From Hydrurus foetidus (taxonomy: Eukaryota): 58,916 bases of DNA. The notes under the pieces are model-generated. The model was not told the origin of the DNA and ran no database searches. It worked only from the letters and a program-made list of their open reading frames with translations. Positions 12,101 through 26,400 of the stretch are shown one piece after another; the stretch's first letter is position 1, and every line of letters starts with the position of its first letter. The translations under genes were made by a program, and so were the position numbers. The stretch lies in contig UYFQ01000724.1 in NCBI GenBank assembly GCA_900617105.1, positions 1-58,916 of the forward strand, read 5' to 3'.

Positions 12101-14380
12101 GAGACTGTCGCACCAAACAGTGACCACCCCTCCTCCTCCACTCTCACCCTCCCCTCTACCGTGGATAACGTGAGTTTCCCCGACAACATTGCCGCACATT
12201 CCATTTCTGCTTCTACCGTGGACACCGTGGATACCGTGAATCCTTCTACCGATATTGCGGTATACTTCTTCGATTCCTCTACCGAAATTACGGTAGGTCC
12301 GGTTACCGACGAATCCTCCCCGGTAGTCTTGCAGCCTGTGTCACCAGCTATTGGAAATGAGGGTGAGGAGTTTGTTGGTCTGCCGATCACAATCGATAGT
12401 GATGTTTTCTGTGATGAAAATGATCGTGATGGAAGTATGGCATGGGCAATTATGGACGAGAATGACGTGCACGAAGTCGTGCATTCGATGGTTGACACAG
12501 TTGCCGAAAGATCAGAGAGCGATGCCAGTCATAATCAGAAAGACAACAAAGGGAAGGATACGACTGTTGTCAGTGATGCGAATGCATTGAAAGGCAGTAA
12601 AGATCAAATTGCAGTAACAGATGTGAGAAGTGAAGATGCTATACTGACTCTATCTCAAGACAGTGAGAAATCAAAAGCTGTCATTTCTAAGCAAGAAAAA
12701 ACAGAACTTTCTGTTACTGTGGTGAATGAACTCACAGAGAAAAAGCTGTCGAAGAAGGAAAAAAAGAGGAAAAAAGAGCTGGAAAGAGAACAGGTAAGAG
12801 AGTTGGAAGATGAAAATTACCGAGTTCAAGAGTCAAACAAAAACAATTATGTTCAGTCACCTTGTCAATTTGTAACCACGCAGGAAGGAAGCAATAGGAC
12901 ACCGGAAGAAAATATGAGGGTAAAGGAAGAGAACATGAGGAAAAAAGAAGAAAATAAAAGGATTAATGAAGAAAACAGATTAAAGAATATCAAGTAACTG
13001 ATGAGAGGAATAACAAGAAAATTGAAGAACTTCGAAAGAAAAGTTTCCTTGAACGAAGAAATTGACGATGAAGAAGAAGATGATGAGGATGATGACGATG
13101 ACGATGAATTGGCTGATGGCCGTTCTGAAGAGTCGTTTGAGCGATATCTGCTCTACATGTGGGATGACGGTATATCTGTAAACGAGGACAGTGAAATTGA
13201 GAAAAATCAGGGGGTATTGCATTGGAACACCGCGCGTAGATGGGTCGATAAAAAGATGAAATATTTTCTTGAAGCTGTGATAGAGTAAGTTCTTCATCAG
13301 CATTCTTTTTTCACTCCTCCTTTTTCTGTTCTCTTCTCCATCAGTTTATTTGCTTCCTACTGTCATTCTCTTCTTCTTTCTTCTCATATCTTTCAATACG
13401 ATCTTTTGTGTCGTGATTGACTCATCTTTAAGTAACTCAAACACAATTAGATAGATTTGATAAATTTTATGGCATATCATTGTAATTGTTTTGTTACGCA
13501 TCGTGCAGTTGATGTTTTTTCTCACCAGAACATTGTATATCGTCGCTTATTACGATTCCGCCAATTCTCCACATCCCCTAAACCATACATACATATTTAC
13601 CTTATTCTGCTGACACTACACACACATCAATTTCTTTTCTTCTCTTCTCTTCCCTTCTCTTCTCGTGATTATTTTCCCGCATCAAACACTCATCTTTATT
13701 TCTTTTCCTTACTGACTAACATATTTCCTCAATTGTAATATTTCAGCCCTCGGAAATTGAGCAGACAAATGGAAATAATAAACAATGACGTAGGAATAAT
13801 TCGAAACCCCATCGCACACATGAAGACAGTGACATATTGCGACTTTTCTCTCCTCTACAATCTCATCGGTGAACCATATGTTATGGATCAAAATACTAAC
13901 GGAAAAGTTATACGGGAAGTTACGAGAGATCCTCAGTGGTCAAAAACATTTTTCGAAGTTCTTAAAAAATCTTCAACCATTCTGAACGCAGAACTTGCGA
14001 GAGAACGGGAAATTCGTCAGAAGAAGGAAAATGAACAGGAAAGAAACGAAGTGTTGGCTGCTGGTGTTACTGTCCCACAAATAACGGATGTCGTAGTTGC
14101 TGAAGAGATAGTAACTGACGAGTTAGTAACTGATGAGTTAATAACTGATACTTCGAAATCCGTTCTTCCTATGAACAAAAGTTTAATTACGGATATTGTA
14201 GAGGAGAGGAATGAAAAGAAAAATGAAACCGAAATTGAGGATCGAAACGATGATGCAGTGCCCGATTACTCTGAGAATGATGTTACGGAAAATGACGTTA
14301 CGGAAAATGACGTTACGGAAAGCGGCTCCACGAAAAATGATCCACCTCCTGTTGTTTCAGATGTTCTTCCAGGTAGGAAA
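6181..14380 (+). repeat. Left arm of a large inverted segmental duplication (partner about 43230-50003)
   Basis: Colinear reverse-complement similarity; ORF pairs 6645/49565, 7538/48690, 10197/46468, 11843/44823, 13757/43819. Confidence 0.97.
6398..14372 (+). CDS. Multi-exon gene, copy A: large acidic low-complexity protein with an ELM2-like motif (putative chromatin-associated); exon model approximate, in-frame TAA at 12995
   Basis: ATG at 6398 with intron 6506-6632 joining in phase to DIDTMTFRS; GT-AG bounded exons near 6633-7137, 7512-8837, 10203-10595, 11116-11229, 11801-13225 and 13747-14372; KRIGREFQADV and EERALQLFSRYKGDL resemble the N- and C-terminal ELM2 motifs. Confidence 0.6.
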
Positions 14381-14405
14381 ATTTGATTCTATACGATGTT
14401 TTATT

Positions 14406-17400
14406 TTGTGATGAACCACGTTACAATGAAATGCGATGTCTTGTGATGTGATGGGATGTCATATAATGCAATGAAATGCAATGCGATGTTATATAATGCA
14501 ATGCAATGCCATGTTATATAATGCAATAAAATGCGATGTTATATAATGCAATGCAATGCAATGCGATGTTATATAATGCAATGCAATGCGATGTTATATA
14601 ATGCAATAAAATGCGATGTTATATAATGCAATGAAATGCAATGCGATGTTATATAATGCAATGCAATGCGATGTTATATAATGCAATGCAATGCAATGCG
14701 ATGTAATGTTATGTAGTACAATGCAATGCGATGTTATATAATGCAATGAAATGCAATGCGATGTTATATAATGCAATGCAATGCCATGTTATATAATGCA
14801 ATAAAATGCGATGTTATATAATGCAATGAAATGCAATGCGATGTTATATAATGCAATGCAATGCAATGTTATATAATGCAATGAAATGCAATGTTATATA
14901 ATGCAATGAAATGCGATGTTATATAATGCAATGAAATGCAATGCGATGTTATATAATGCAATGAAATGCAATGCGATGTTATATAATGCAATGCAATGCG
15001 ATGTTATATAATGCAATGAAATGCAATGCGATGTTATATAGTACAATGCAATGCAATGCAATGTTATATAATACAATGCAATGTGATGTCTTGTCTTGTG
15101 ATGTGATGTGATGTGATGTGATGTGATGTGATGTTTTATGATGTGATACAAATCAAGTGACAATGCAATGCAATGTGATGTGATGTGATGTGATGTGATG
15201 TGATGTGATGTGATGTGAAGTGATATAGACCACATTACAACACTATTAAATTAGATGTGATACAATTTGTTGTAATGTGATGTGATGTAACAAGATGTAA
15301 TATGATGTGATTTAAATTAAGTTACAATACAATACAAATCAATGCGATGGAATGTGATGTGATGTAGTGTAATGTGATGTGACATGATATAGACCACGTT
15401 ACAATGCAATTAAATGTCATGTGATGTGATGTTACATAGACCACGATACAATATAATTAAGTTTCATATGATACAATGTGATGTGATGTGATGTGATGTG
15501 ATATAAATCAATATACAACACAATTAAGTGTCATATTACATAATTCGATGTGATGCAATATGATGTGATACAATGTAATGTATATCAAGTTACAATGCAA
15601 TGTGATGCGATGTGATCTGATATAGACCACGATACAATATAATTAATTGTCATATGATATAATGTCATGTGATGTGATGTTACATAGACCACGATACAAT
15701 ATAATTAAGTTTCATATGATACAATGTGATGTGATGTGATGTGATGTGATATAAATCAATATACAACACAATTAAGTGTCATATTACATAATTCGATGTG
15801 ATGCAATATGATGTGATACAATGTAATGTATATCAAGTTACAATGCAATGTGATGTGATGTGATATGATATAGACCACGTTACAATACAATTAAATGTCA
15901 TGTAATACAATGTGATGTGATGTTATGTGATATAAATCAAGTTACAATGCAATGTGATGTGATGTGATATGATATAGACCACGTTACAATACAATTAAAT
16001 GTCATGTAATACAATGTGATGTGATGTTATGTGATATAAATCAAGTTACAATGCAATGTGATGTGATGTGATATGATATAGACCACGTTACAATACAATT
16101 AAATGTCATGTAATACAATGTGATGTGATGTTATGTGATGTGATATAAATCAAGTTACAATGCAGATAAACGTGATGTCATAGAATACAATGTGACGTGA
16201 TGTGATGTAGACCACTTTACAGTACAATTAAATGTGATGTGATACGATTTGATGTGATGTGATGAAAAAAGATGTAATGTGATGTGATTTAAATTAAGTT
16301 ACAATACAATGCGATGTGATATGATAAATTGCAATGCAATGTGATGTGATGTGATGTGATATAGATCACGTTACAATACAATTGAATGTCATGTGATACA
16401 ATATTATATGATGTGATGTGATGAAAAAAGATGTAATGTGATGTGATTTAAATTAAGTTACAATACAATGCGATGTGATATGATAAATTGCAATGCAATG
16501 TGATGTGATGTGATGTGATATAGATCACGTTACAATACAATTGAATGTCATGTGATACAATATTATATGATGTGATGAGATGCGATGTTTTACGATGCGA
16601 TATGAGTTAAGATTCAATACAATGCGATTGGATGCAATATAAGACACGATACCATACAATGTGATGTGATGTGATATGGACCACGTTACAATGCAATTAA
16701 ATGTCATGTAATACAATGTGATGTGATGTGATGTGATGTGATGTGATGTGATGTGATATTATGTGATGCGATGTGATGTGATGTGACGTGATGTGATATA
16801 AATCAAGATACATTGCAATGCGATGTGATGTGATATGGACCACGTTACAATACAATTGAATGTCATGTGATACAATATTATATGATGTGATGAGATGCGA
16901 TGTTTTACGATGCGATATGAGTTAAGATTCAATACAATGCGATTGGATGCAATATAAGACACGATACCATACAATGTGATGTGATGTGATATGGACCACG
17001 TTACAATACAATTGAATGTCATGTGATACAATATTATATGATGTGATGAGATGCGATGTTTTACGATGCGATATGAGTTAAGATTCAATACAATGCGATT
17101 GGATGCAATATAAGACACGATACCATACAATGTGATGTGATGTGATATGGACCACGTTACAATGCAATTAAATGTCATGTAATACAATGCGATGTCTTGT
17201 GATGTGATGTGATATGATGTGATGTGATGTGATGTGATGTGACGTGATGTGATATAAATCAAGATACATTGCAATGCGATGTGATGTGATATGGACCACG
17301 TTACAATGCAATTAAATGTCATGTGATACAATATTATATGATGTGATGAGATGCGATGTTTTACGATGCGATATGAGTTAAGATTCAATACAATGCGATT

Positions 17401-20400
17401 GGATGCAATATAAGACACGATACCATACAATGTGATGTTATGTTATATGATATAGACCACGTTACAATGCAATTAAATGTCATGTGATACAATATTATAT
17501 GATGTGATGAGATGCGATGTTTTACGATGCGATATGAGTTAAGATTCAATACAATGCGATTGGATGCAATATAAGACACGATACCATACAATGTGATGTG
17601 ATGTGATATGGACCACGTTACAATGCAATTAAATGTCATGTAATACAATGCGATGTCTTGTGATGTGATGTGATACGATGTGATGTGATGTGATTGATGT
17701 GATGTGATGGATGTGATATAAATCAAGATACATACAATGTGATGTGATGTGATATGGACCACGTTACAATACAATTGAATGTCATGTGATACAATATTAT
17801 ATGATGTGATGAGATGCGATGTTTTACGATGCGATATGAGTTAAGATTCAATACAATGCGATTGGATGCAATATAAGACACGATACCATACAATGTGATG
17901 TGATGTGATATGGACCACGTTACAATGCAATTGAATGTCATGTGATACAATATTATATGATGTGATGTGATGTGATGTGATACGATGCGATATGATGTGA
18001 TGTGACGTGATGTGATATAAGACACGATACATACAATGTGATGTGATGTGATATGGACCACGTTACAATGCAATTGAATGTCATGTGATACAATATTATA
18101 TGATGTGATGAGATGCGATGTTTTACGATGCGATATGAGTTAAGATTCAATACAATGCGATTGGATGCAATATAAGACACGATACCATACAATGTGATGT
18201 GATGTGATATGGACCACGTTACAATGCAATTAAATGTCATGTAATACAATGCGATGTCTTGTGATGTGATGTGATATGATGTGATGTGATGTGATGTGAT
18301 GTGACGTGATGTGATATAAATCAAGATACATTGCAATGCGATGTGATGTGATATGGACCACGTTACAATACAATTAAATGTCATGTGATACAATATTATA
18401 TGATGTGATGAGATGCGATGTTTTACGATGCGATATGAGTTAAGATTCAATACAATGCGATTGGATGCAATATAAGACACGATACCATACAATGTGATGT
18501 GATGTGATATGGACCACGTTACAATGCAATTAAATGTCATGTAATACAATGCGATGTCTTGTGATGTGATGTGATATGATGTGATGTGATGTGACGTGAT
18601 GTGATATAAATCAAGATACATTGCAATGCGATGTGATGTGATATGGACCACGTTACAATACAATTGAATGTCATGTGATACAATATTATATGATGTGATG
18701 AGATGCGATGTTTTACGATGCGATATGAGTTAAGATTCAATACAATGCGATTGGATGCAATATAAGACACGATACCATACAATGTGATGTGATGTGATAT
18801 GGACCACGTTACAATGCAATTGAATGTCATGTGATACAATGTGATGTGATGTGATGTGATGTGATGTGATGTGATGTGATGTGATGTGATGTGATGTGAT
18901 GTGATATAAGACACGATACATTGCAATGTGATGTGATGTGATATGGACCACGTTACAATACAATTGAATGTCATGTGATACAATATTATATGATGTGATG
19001 AGATGCGATGTTTTACGATGCGATATGAGTTAAGATTCAATACAATGCGATTGGATGCAATATAAGACACGATACCATACAATGTGATGTGATGTGATAT
19101 GGACCACGTTACAATACAATTGAATGTCATGTAATACAATGCGATGTCTTGTGATGTGATGTGATATTATGTGATGCGATGTGACGTGATGTGATATAAA
19201 TCAAGATACATTGCAATGCGATGTGATGTGATATGGACCACGTTACAATACAATTAAATGTCATGTGATACAATATTATATGATGTGATGAGATGCGATG
19301 TTTTACGATGCGATATGAGTTAAGATTCAATACAATGCGATTGGATGCAATATAAGACACGATACCATACAATGTGATGTGATGTGATATGGACCACGTT
19401 ACAATACAATTGAATGTCATGTGATACAATATTATATGATGTGATGAGATGCGATGTTTTACGATGCGATATGAGTTAAGATTCAATACAATGCGATTGG
19501 ATGCAATATAAGACACGATACCATACAATGTGATGTGATGTGATGTGATATGGACCACGTTACAATACAATTGAATGTCATGTGATACAATATTATATGA
19601 TGTGATGAGATGCGATGTTTTACGATGCGATATGAGTTAAGATTCAATACAATGCGATTGGATGCAATATAAGACACGATACCATACAATGTGATGTGAT
19701 GTGATATGGACCACGTTACAATACAATTGAATGTCATGTGATACAATATTATATGATGTGATGAGATGCGATGTTTTACGATGCGATATGAGTTAAGATT
19801 CAATACAATGCGATTGGATGCAATATAAGACACGATACCATACAATGTGATGTGATGTGATATGGACCACGTTACAATACAATTGAATGTCATGTAATAC
19901 AATGCGACGTCTTGTGATGTGATGTGATGCGATGTGATGTGATGTGACGTGATGTGATATAAATCAAGATACATTGCAATGCGATGTGATGTGATATGGA
20001 CCACGTTACAATACAATTGAATGTCATGTGATACAATATTATATGATGTGATGAGATGCGATGTTTTACGATGCGATATGAGTTAAGATTCAATACAATG
20101 CGATTGGATGCAATATAAGACACGATACCATACAATGTGATGTGATGTGATGTGATATGGACCACGTTACAATACAATTGAATGTCATGTGATACAATAT
20201 TATATGATGTGATGAGATGCGATGTTTTACGATGCGATATGAGTTAAGATTCAATACAATGCGATTGGATGCAATATAAGACACGATACCATACAATGTG
20301 ATGTGATGTGATATGGACCACGTTACAATACAATTGAATGTCATGTGATACAATATTATATGATGTGATGAGATGCGATGTTTTACGATGCGATATGAGT

Positions 20401-23400
20401 TAAGATTCAATACAATGCGATTGGATGCAATATAAGACACGATACCATACAATGTGATGTGATGTGATATGGACCACGCTACAATACAATTGAATGTCAT
20501 GTGATACAATATTATATGATGTGATGAGATGCGATGTTTTACGATGCGATATGAGTTAAGATTCAATACAATGCGATTGGATGCAATATAAGACACGATA
20601 CCATACAATGTGATGTGATGTGATATGGACCACGTTACAATACAATTGAATGTCATGTGATACAATATTATATGATGTGATGAGATGCGATGTTTTACGA
20701 TGCGATATGAGTTAAGATTCAATACAATGCGATTGGATGCAATATAAGACACGATACCATACAATGTGATGTGATGTGATATGGACCACGTTACAATACA
20801 ATTGAATGTCATGTAATACAATGCGACGTCTTGTGATGTGATGTGATGCGATGTGATATGGACCACGTTACAATACAATTGAATGTCATGTAATACAATG
20901 CGACGTCTTGTGATGTGATGTGATGCGATGTGATGTGATGTGACGTGATGTGATATAAATCAAGATACATTGCAATGCGATGTGATGTGATATGGACCAC
21001 GTTACAATACAATTGAATGTCATGTGATACAATATTATATGATGTGATGAGATGCGATGTTTTACGATGCGATATGAGTTAAGATTCAATACGATGCGAT
21101 TGGATGCAATATAAGACACGATACCATACAATGTGATGTGATGTGATGTGATATGGACCACGTTACAATACAATTGAATGTCATGTGATACAATATTATA
21201 TGATGTGATGAGATGCGATGTTTTACGATGCGATATGAGTTAAGATTCAATACAATGCGATTGGATGCAATATAAGACACGATACCATACAATGTGATGT
21301 GATGTGATATGGACCACGTTACAATGCAATTAAATGTCATGTAATACAATGCGATGTCTTGTGATGTGATGTGATGTGATGTGATGTGATGTGATATAAA
21401 TCAAGATACATTGCAATGCGATGTGATGTGATATGGACCACGTTACAATACAATTAAATGTCATGTGATACAATGTGATGTGATGTTATGTGATGTGATA
21501 TAGATCAAGTGACAATGCAATTTGATGTGATGTGATGTGATGTGGTATTAATCACGTTACAATGCGATGCAATGTGATGTTATGTAATGTACTGTTATGT
21601 GATGTGATGTGATGTGATGTGATGTGATATAGACCACGTTACAATGCAATTAAATGTGATGTGATACAATTTGATGCGATGTGATGTAATGTTATGTGAT
21701 GTGATGTGATATAGATCAAGTGACAATGCAATTTGATGTGATGTGATGTGATGTGGTATTAAATTTAATGCAATCAATCAATGATGTGATGTGATGTACT
21801 GTTATGTGATGTGATGTGATGTGATGTGATATAGACCACGTTACAATGCAATTAAATGTGATGTGATACAATTTGATGCGATGTGATGTGATGTGATGTG
21901 ATGTGATATAGATAAAGTGACAATGCAATGTCATGTAATGAAGTAAGATGCAATGTGATGTGATGTAAATCAAGTTACAATGCAATGTGATGTGATGTGA
22001 TATGATATGATGTGATGTGATATGATGTGATGTAAACCAAGTGACAATGCGATGTGATGTTATGTCATGTGATGTGACGTGATGTGATATAAGTCACGTT
22101 ACAATGCAATGTGATGTGATGTGATGTGATGTGATGTGATGTGACATGATATAGACCACGTTACAATACAATTAAATGTCATGTAATTCAATGTGATGTG
22201 ATGTGATGTCATAGAATACAATGTGATGTGATGTGATGTGGTGCAATGTGATGTGATGTGATGTGATGTGATGTGATGTGATGTGATGTGATGTAAACCA
22301 AGTTACAATTCAATTAAGTGTCATATGATACAATTTGATGCGATGTGATGTGTGGTGATATGAATCACGTTACAATGCAATGTGATGTTATGTTATATGA
22401 TATAGACCACGTTACAATACAATTAAATTTCATGTAATACAATGTGATGTGATGTGATGTGATATGATATAAGTCACGTTACAATACAATTAAATGTGAT
22501 GTGATATGATATGGACCACGTTACAATGGAATTAAATGTCATGTAATACAATGTGATGTGATGTGATGTGATGTGATGTGATGTGATGTGATGTGATATG
22601 ATGTGATGCGATGTGATGTGATGTGATGTGATGTGATGTGATGTGATGTGATGTGATGTGATGTGATGTGATGTGATGTGATGTGATGAGATATGATGTG
22701 ATGCGATGTGATGTGATGTGATGTGATGTGATGTGATGTGATGTGACATGATATAGACCACGTTACAATGCAATGTGATGTGATATGATATGGACCACGT
22801 TACAATACAATTAAATGTCATGTAATACAATTTGATGTGATATGATATGATATGATATAGACCACGTTACAATGCAATGTGATGCGACGTGATGTGATGT
22901 GGATGTGATGCAATGTGATGTGATGTGATATGATATGATGTGATGTGATATGATGTGATGTAAACCAAGTGACAATGCGATGTGATGTTATGTCATGTGA
23001 TGTGACGTGATGTGATATAAGTCACGTTACAATGCAATGTGATGTGATGTGATGTGATGTGATGTGATGTGACATGATATAGACCACGTTACAATACAAT
23101 TAAATGTCATGTAATTCAATGTGATGTGATGTGATGTCATAGAATACAATGTGATGTGATGTGATGTGGTGCAATGTGATGTGATGTGATGTGATGTGAT
23201 GTGATGTGATGTAAACCAAGTTACAATTCAATTAAGTGTCATATGATACAATTTGATGCGATGTGATGTGATGTGATATGAATCACGTTACAATGCAATG
23301 TGATGTTATGTTATATGATATAGACCACGTTACAATACAATTAAATGTCATGTAATACAATGTGATGTGATGTGATGTGATTATAAGTCACGTTACAATG

Positions 23401-26400
23401 CAATGCAATGTGATGTCATAGAATACAATGTGATGTGATGTGGTGCAATGTGATGTGATGTGATGTGATGTGATGTGATGTAAATCAAGTTACATTGCAA
23501 TGCGATGTGATGTGATGTGATGTGATGTGACATGATATAGACCACGTTACAATGCAATGTGATGTGATATGATATGGACCACGTTACAATACAATTAAAT
23601 GTCATGTAATACAATTTGATGTGATATGATATGATATGATATAGACCACGTTACAATGCAATGTGATGCGACGTGATGTGATGTGGATGTGATGCAATGT
23701 GATGTGATGTGATATGATATGATGTGATGTGATATGATGTGATGTAAACCAAGTGACAATGCGATGAGATGTTATGTCATGTGATGTGACGTGATGTGAT
23801 ATAAGTCACGTTACAATGCAATGTGATGTGATGTGATGTGATGTGATGTGACATGATATAGACCACGTTACAATACAATTAAATGTCATGTAATTCAATG
23901 TGATGTAATGTCATAGAATACAATGCGATGTGATGTTATGTCATGTGATGTGACGTGATGTGATATAAGTCACGTTACAATGCAATGTGATGTGATGTGA
24001 TGTGATGTGACATGATATAGACCACGTTACAATACAATTAAATGTCATGTAATTCAATGTGATGTGATGTGATGTCATAGAATACAATGTGATGTGATGT
24101 GATGTGGTGCAATGTGATGTGATGTGATGTGATGTGATGTGATGTGATGTGATGTGATGTAGAAACCATGTTACAGAATTCGATGTCAGTGTCATATGAT
24201 ACAATTTGATGAGATGTGATGTGATGTGATATGAATCACGTTACAATGCAATGTGATGTTATGTTATATGATATAGACCACGTTACAATACAATTAAATG
24301 TCATGTAATACAATGTGATGTGATGTGATGTGATATGATATAAGTCACGTTACAATACAATTAAATGTGATGTGATATGATATGGACCACGTTACAATGG
24401 AATTAAATGTCATGTAATACAATGTGATGTGATGTGATGTGATGTGATGTGATGTGATATAAGTCACGTTACAATGCAATGCAATGTGATGTCATTGAAT
24501 ACAATGTGATGTGATGTGATGTGTAGCATGTGATGTGATGTGATGTGATGTGATGTGATGTGATGTGATGTGATGTAAATCAAGTTACATTGCAATGCGA
24601 TGTGATGTGATGTGATGTGATGTGATGTGACATGATATAGACCACGTTACAATGCAATGTGATGTGATATGATATGGACCACGTTACAATACAATTAAAT
24701 GTCATGTAATACAATTTGATGTGATATGATATGATATGATATAGACCACGTTACAATGCAATGTGATGCGACGTGATGAGATGTGATGTGATGCGATGTG
24801 ATGCGATGTCTTGTGATGTGATATGATATAAATTAAGTTACAATACGATACAATGCGATGTCTTGTGATGTGATGCAAACCACCTTACAATGCAATGAAA
24901 TGTTATATTATGTGATGTGATATGATTGATGTGATGTGATATGATATGATATGATATAGACCACGTTACAATGCAATGTGATGCGCTGTGATACAAAGTG
25001 AAATGATTTGATGTGATGTGATGTTTTATGATGTGATGTTTTATGATGTGATATAAATAAAGATTCAGTACAATCTTATATGATGTGATGTGATGTTTTG
25101 TGATGCGATGTGATGTGATGTGATGTGATAGGAACCAAATTACAATGCAATGCACTGTGATGTGATGTAAATTAAGTTACAATAAAAGCGATGTCTTGTG
25201 ATGTGATGCAAACCACGTTACAATGCAATGCAATTTTCTGTTCTGTGATATGATATGATATGATGTGATGTGATGTGATGTGATGTAAATCAAGTGACAA
25301 TGCAATGTGATGTGATGTGATATGATATGACATAGACCACGTTACAATGCAATGTGATGTCCTGTGATGTCCATAAAATGCGACGACTTGTGATGTGATG
25401 CAAACCACGTAACAATGCAATGAAATGTTATTTGATGCAATGTGAAATGATATGATGTGATATGATATGATGTGATGTGACGTGATGAGATGTGATGTGA
25501 TGTGATGTGATATGATATGACATAGACCACGTTACAATGCGATGTGATGTCCTGTGATGTCCATAAAATGCGACGACTTGTGATGCGATGCAAACCACGT
25601 AACAATGCAATGAAATGTTATTTGATGCAATGTGAAATGATTTGATGTGATATGATATGATATGATATGATATGATATAGACCACGTTACAATGCAATGT
25701 GATGCGACGTGATGAGATGTGATGTGATGCGATGTGATGCGATGTCTTGTGATGTGATATGATATAAATTAAGTTACAATACGATACAATGCGATGTCTT
25801 GTGATGTGATGCAAACCACCTTACAATGCAATGAAATGTTATATTATGTGATGTGATATGATTGATGTGATGTGATAGGATATGATATGATATGATATGA
25901 TATAGACCACGTTACAATGCAATGTGATGCGCTGTGATACAAAGTGAAATGATTTGATGTGATGTGATGTTTTATGATGTGATGTTTTATGATGTGATAT
26001 GAATAAAGATTCAGTACAATCTTATATGATGTGATGTGATGTTTTGTGATGCGATGTGATGTGATGTGATGTGATAGGAACCAAATTACAATGCAATGCA
26101 CTGTGATGTGATGTAAATTAAGTTACAATAAAAGCGATGTCTTGTGATGTGATGCAAACCACGTTACAATGCAATGCAATTTTCTGTTCTGTGATATGAT
26201 ATGATATGATATGATGTGATGTGATGTGATGTGATGTGATGTGATGTGATGTGATGTGATGTGATGTGATGTAAATCAAGTGACAATGCAATGTGATGTG
26301 ATGTGATATGATATGACATAGACCACGTTACAATGCAATGTGATGTCCTGTGATGTCCATAAAATGCGACGACTTGTGATGTGATGCAAACCACCTTACA

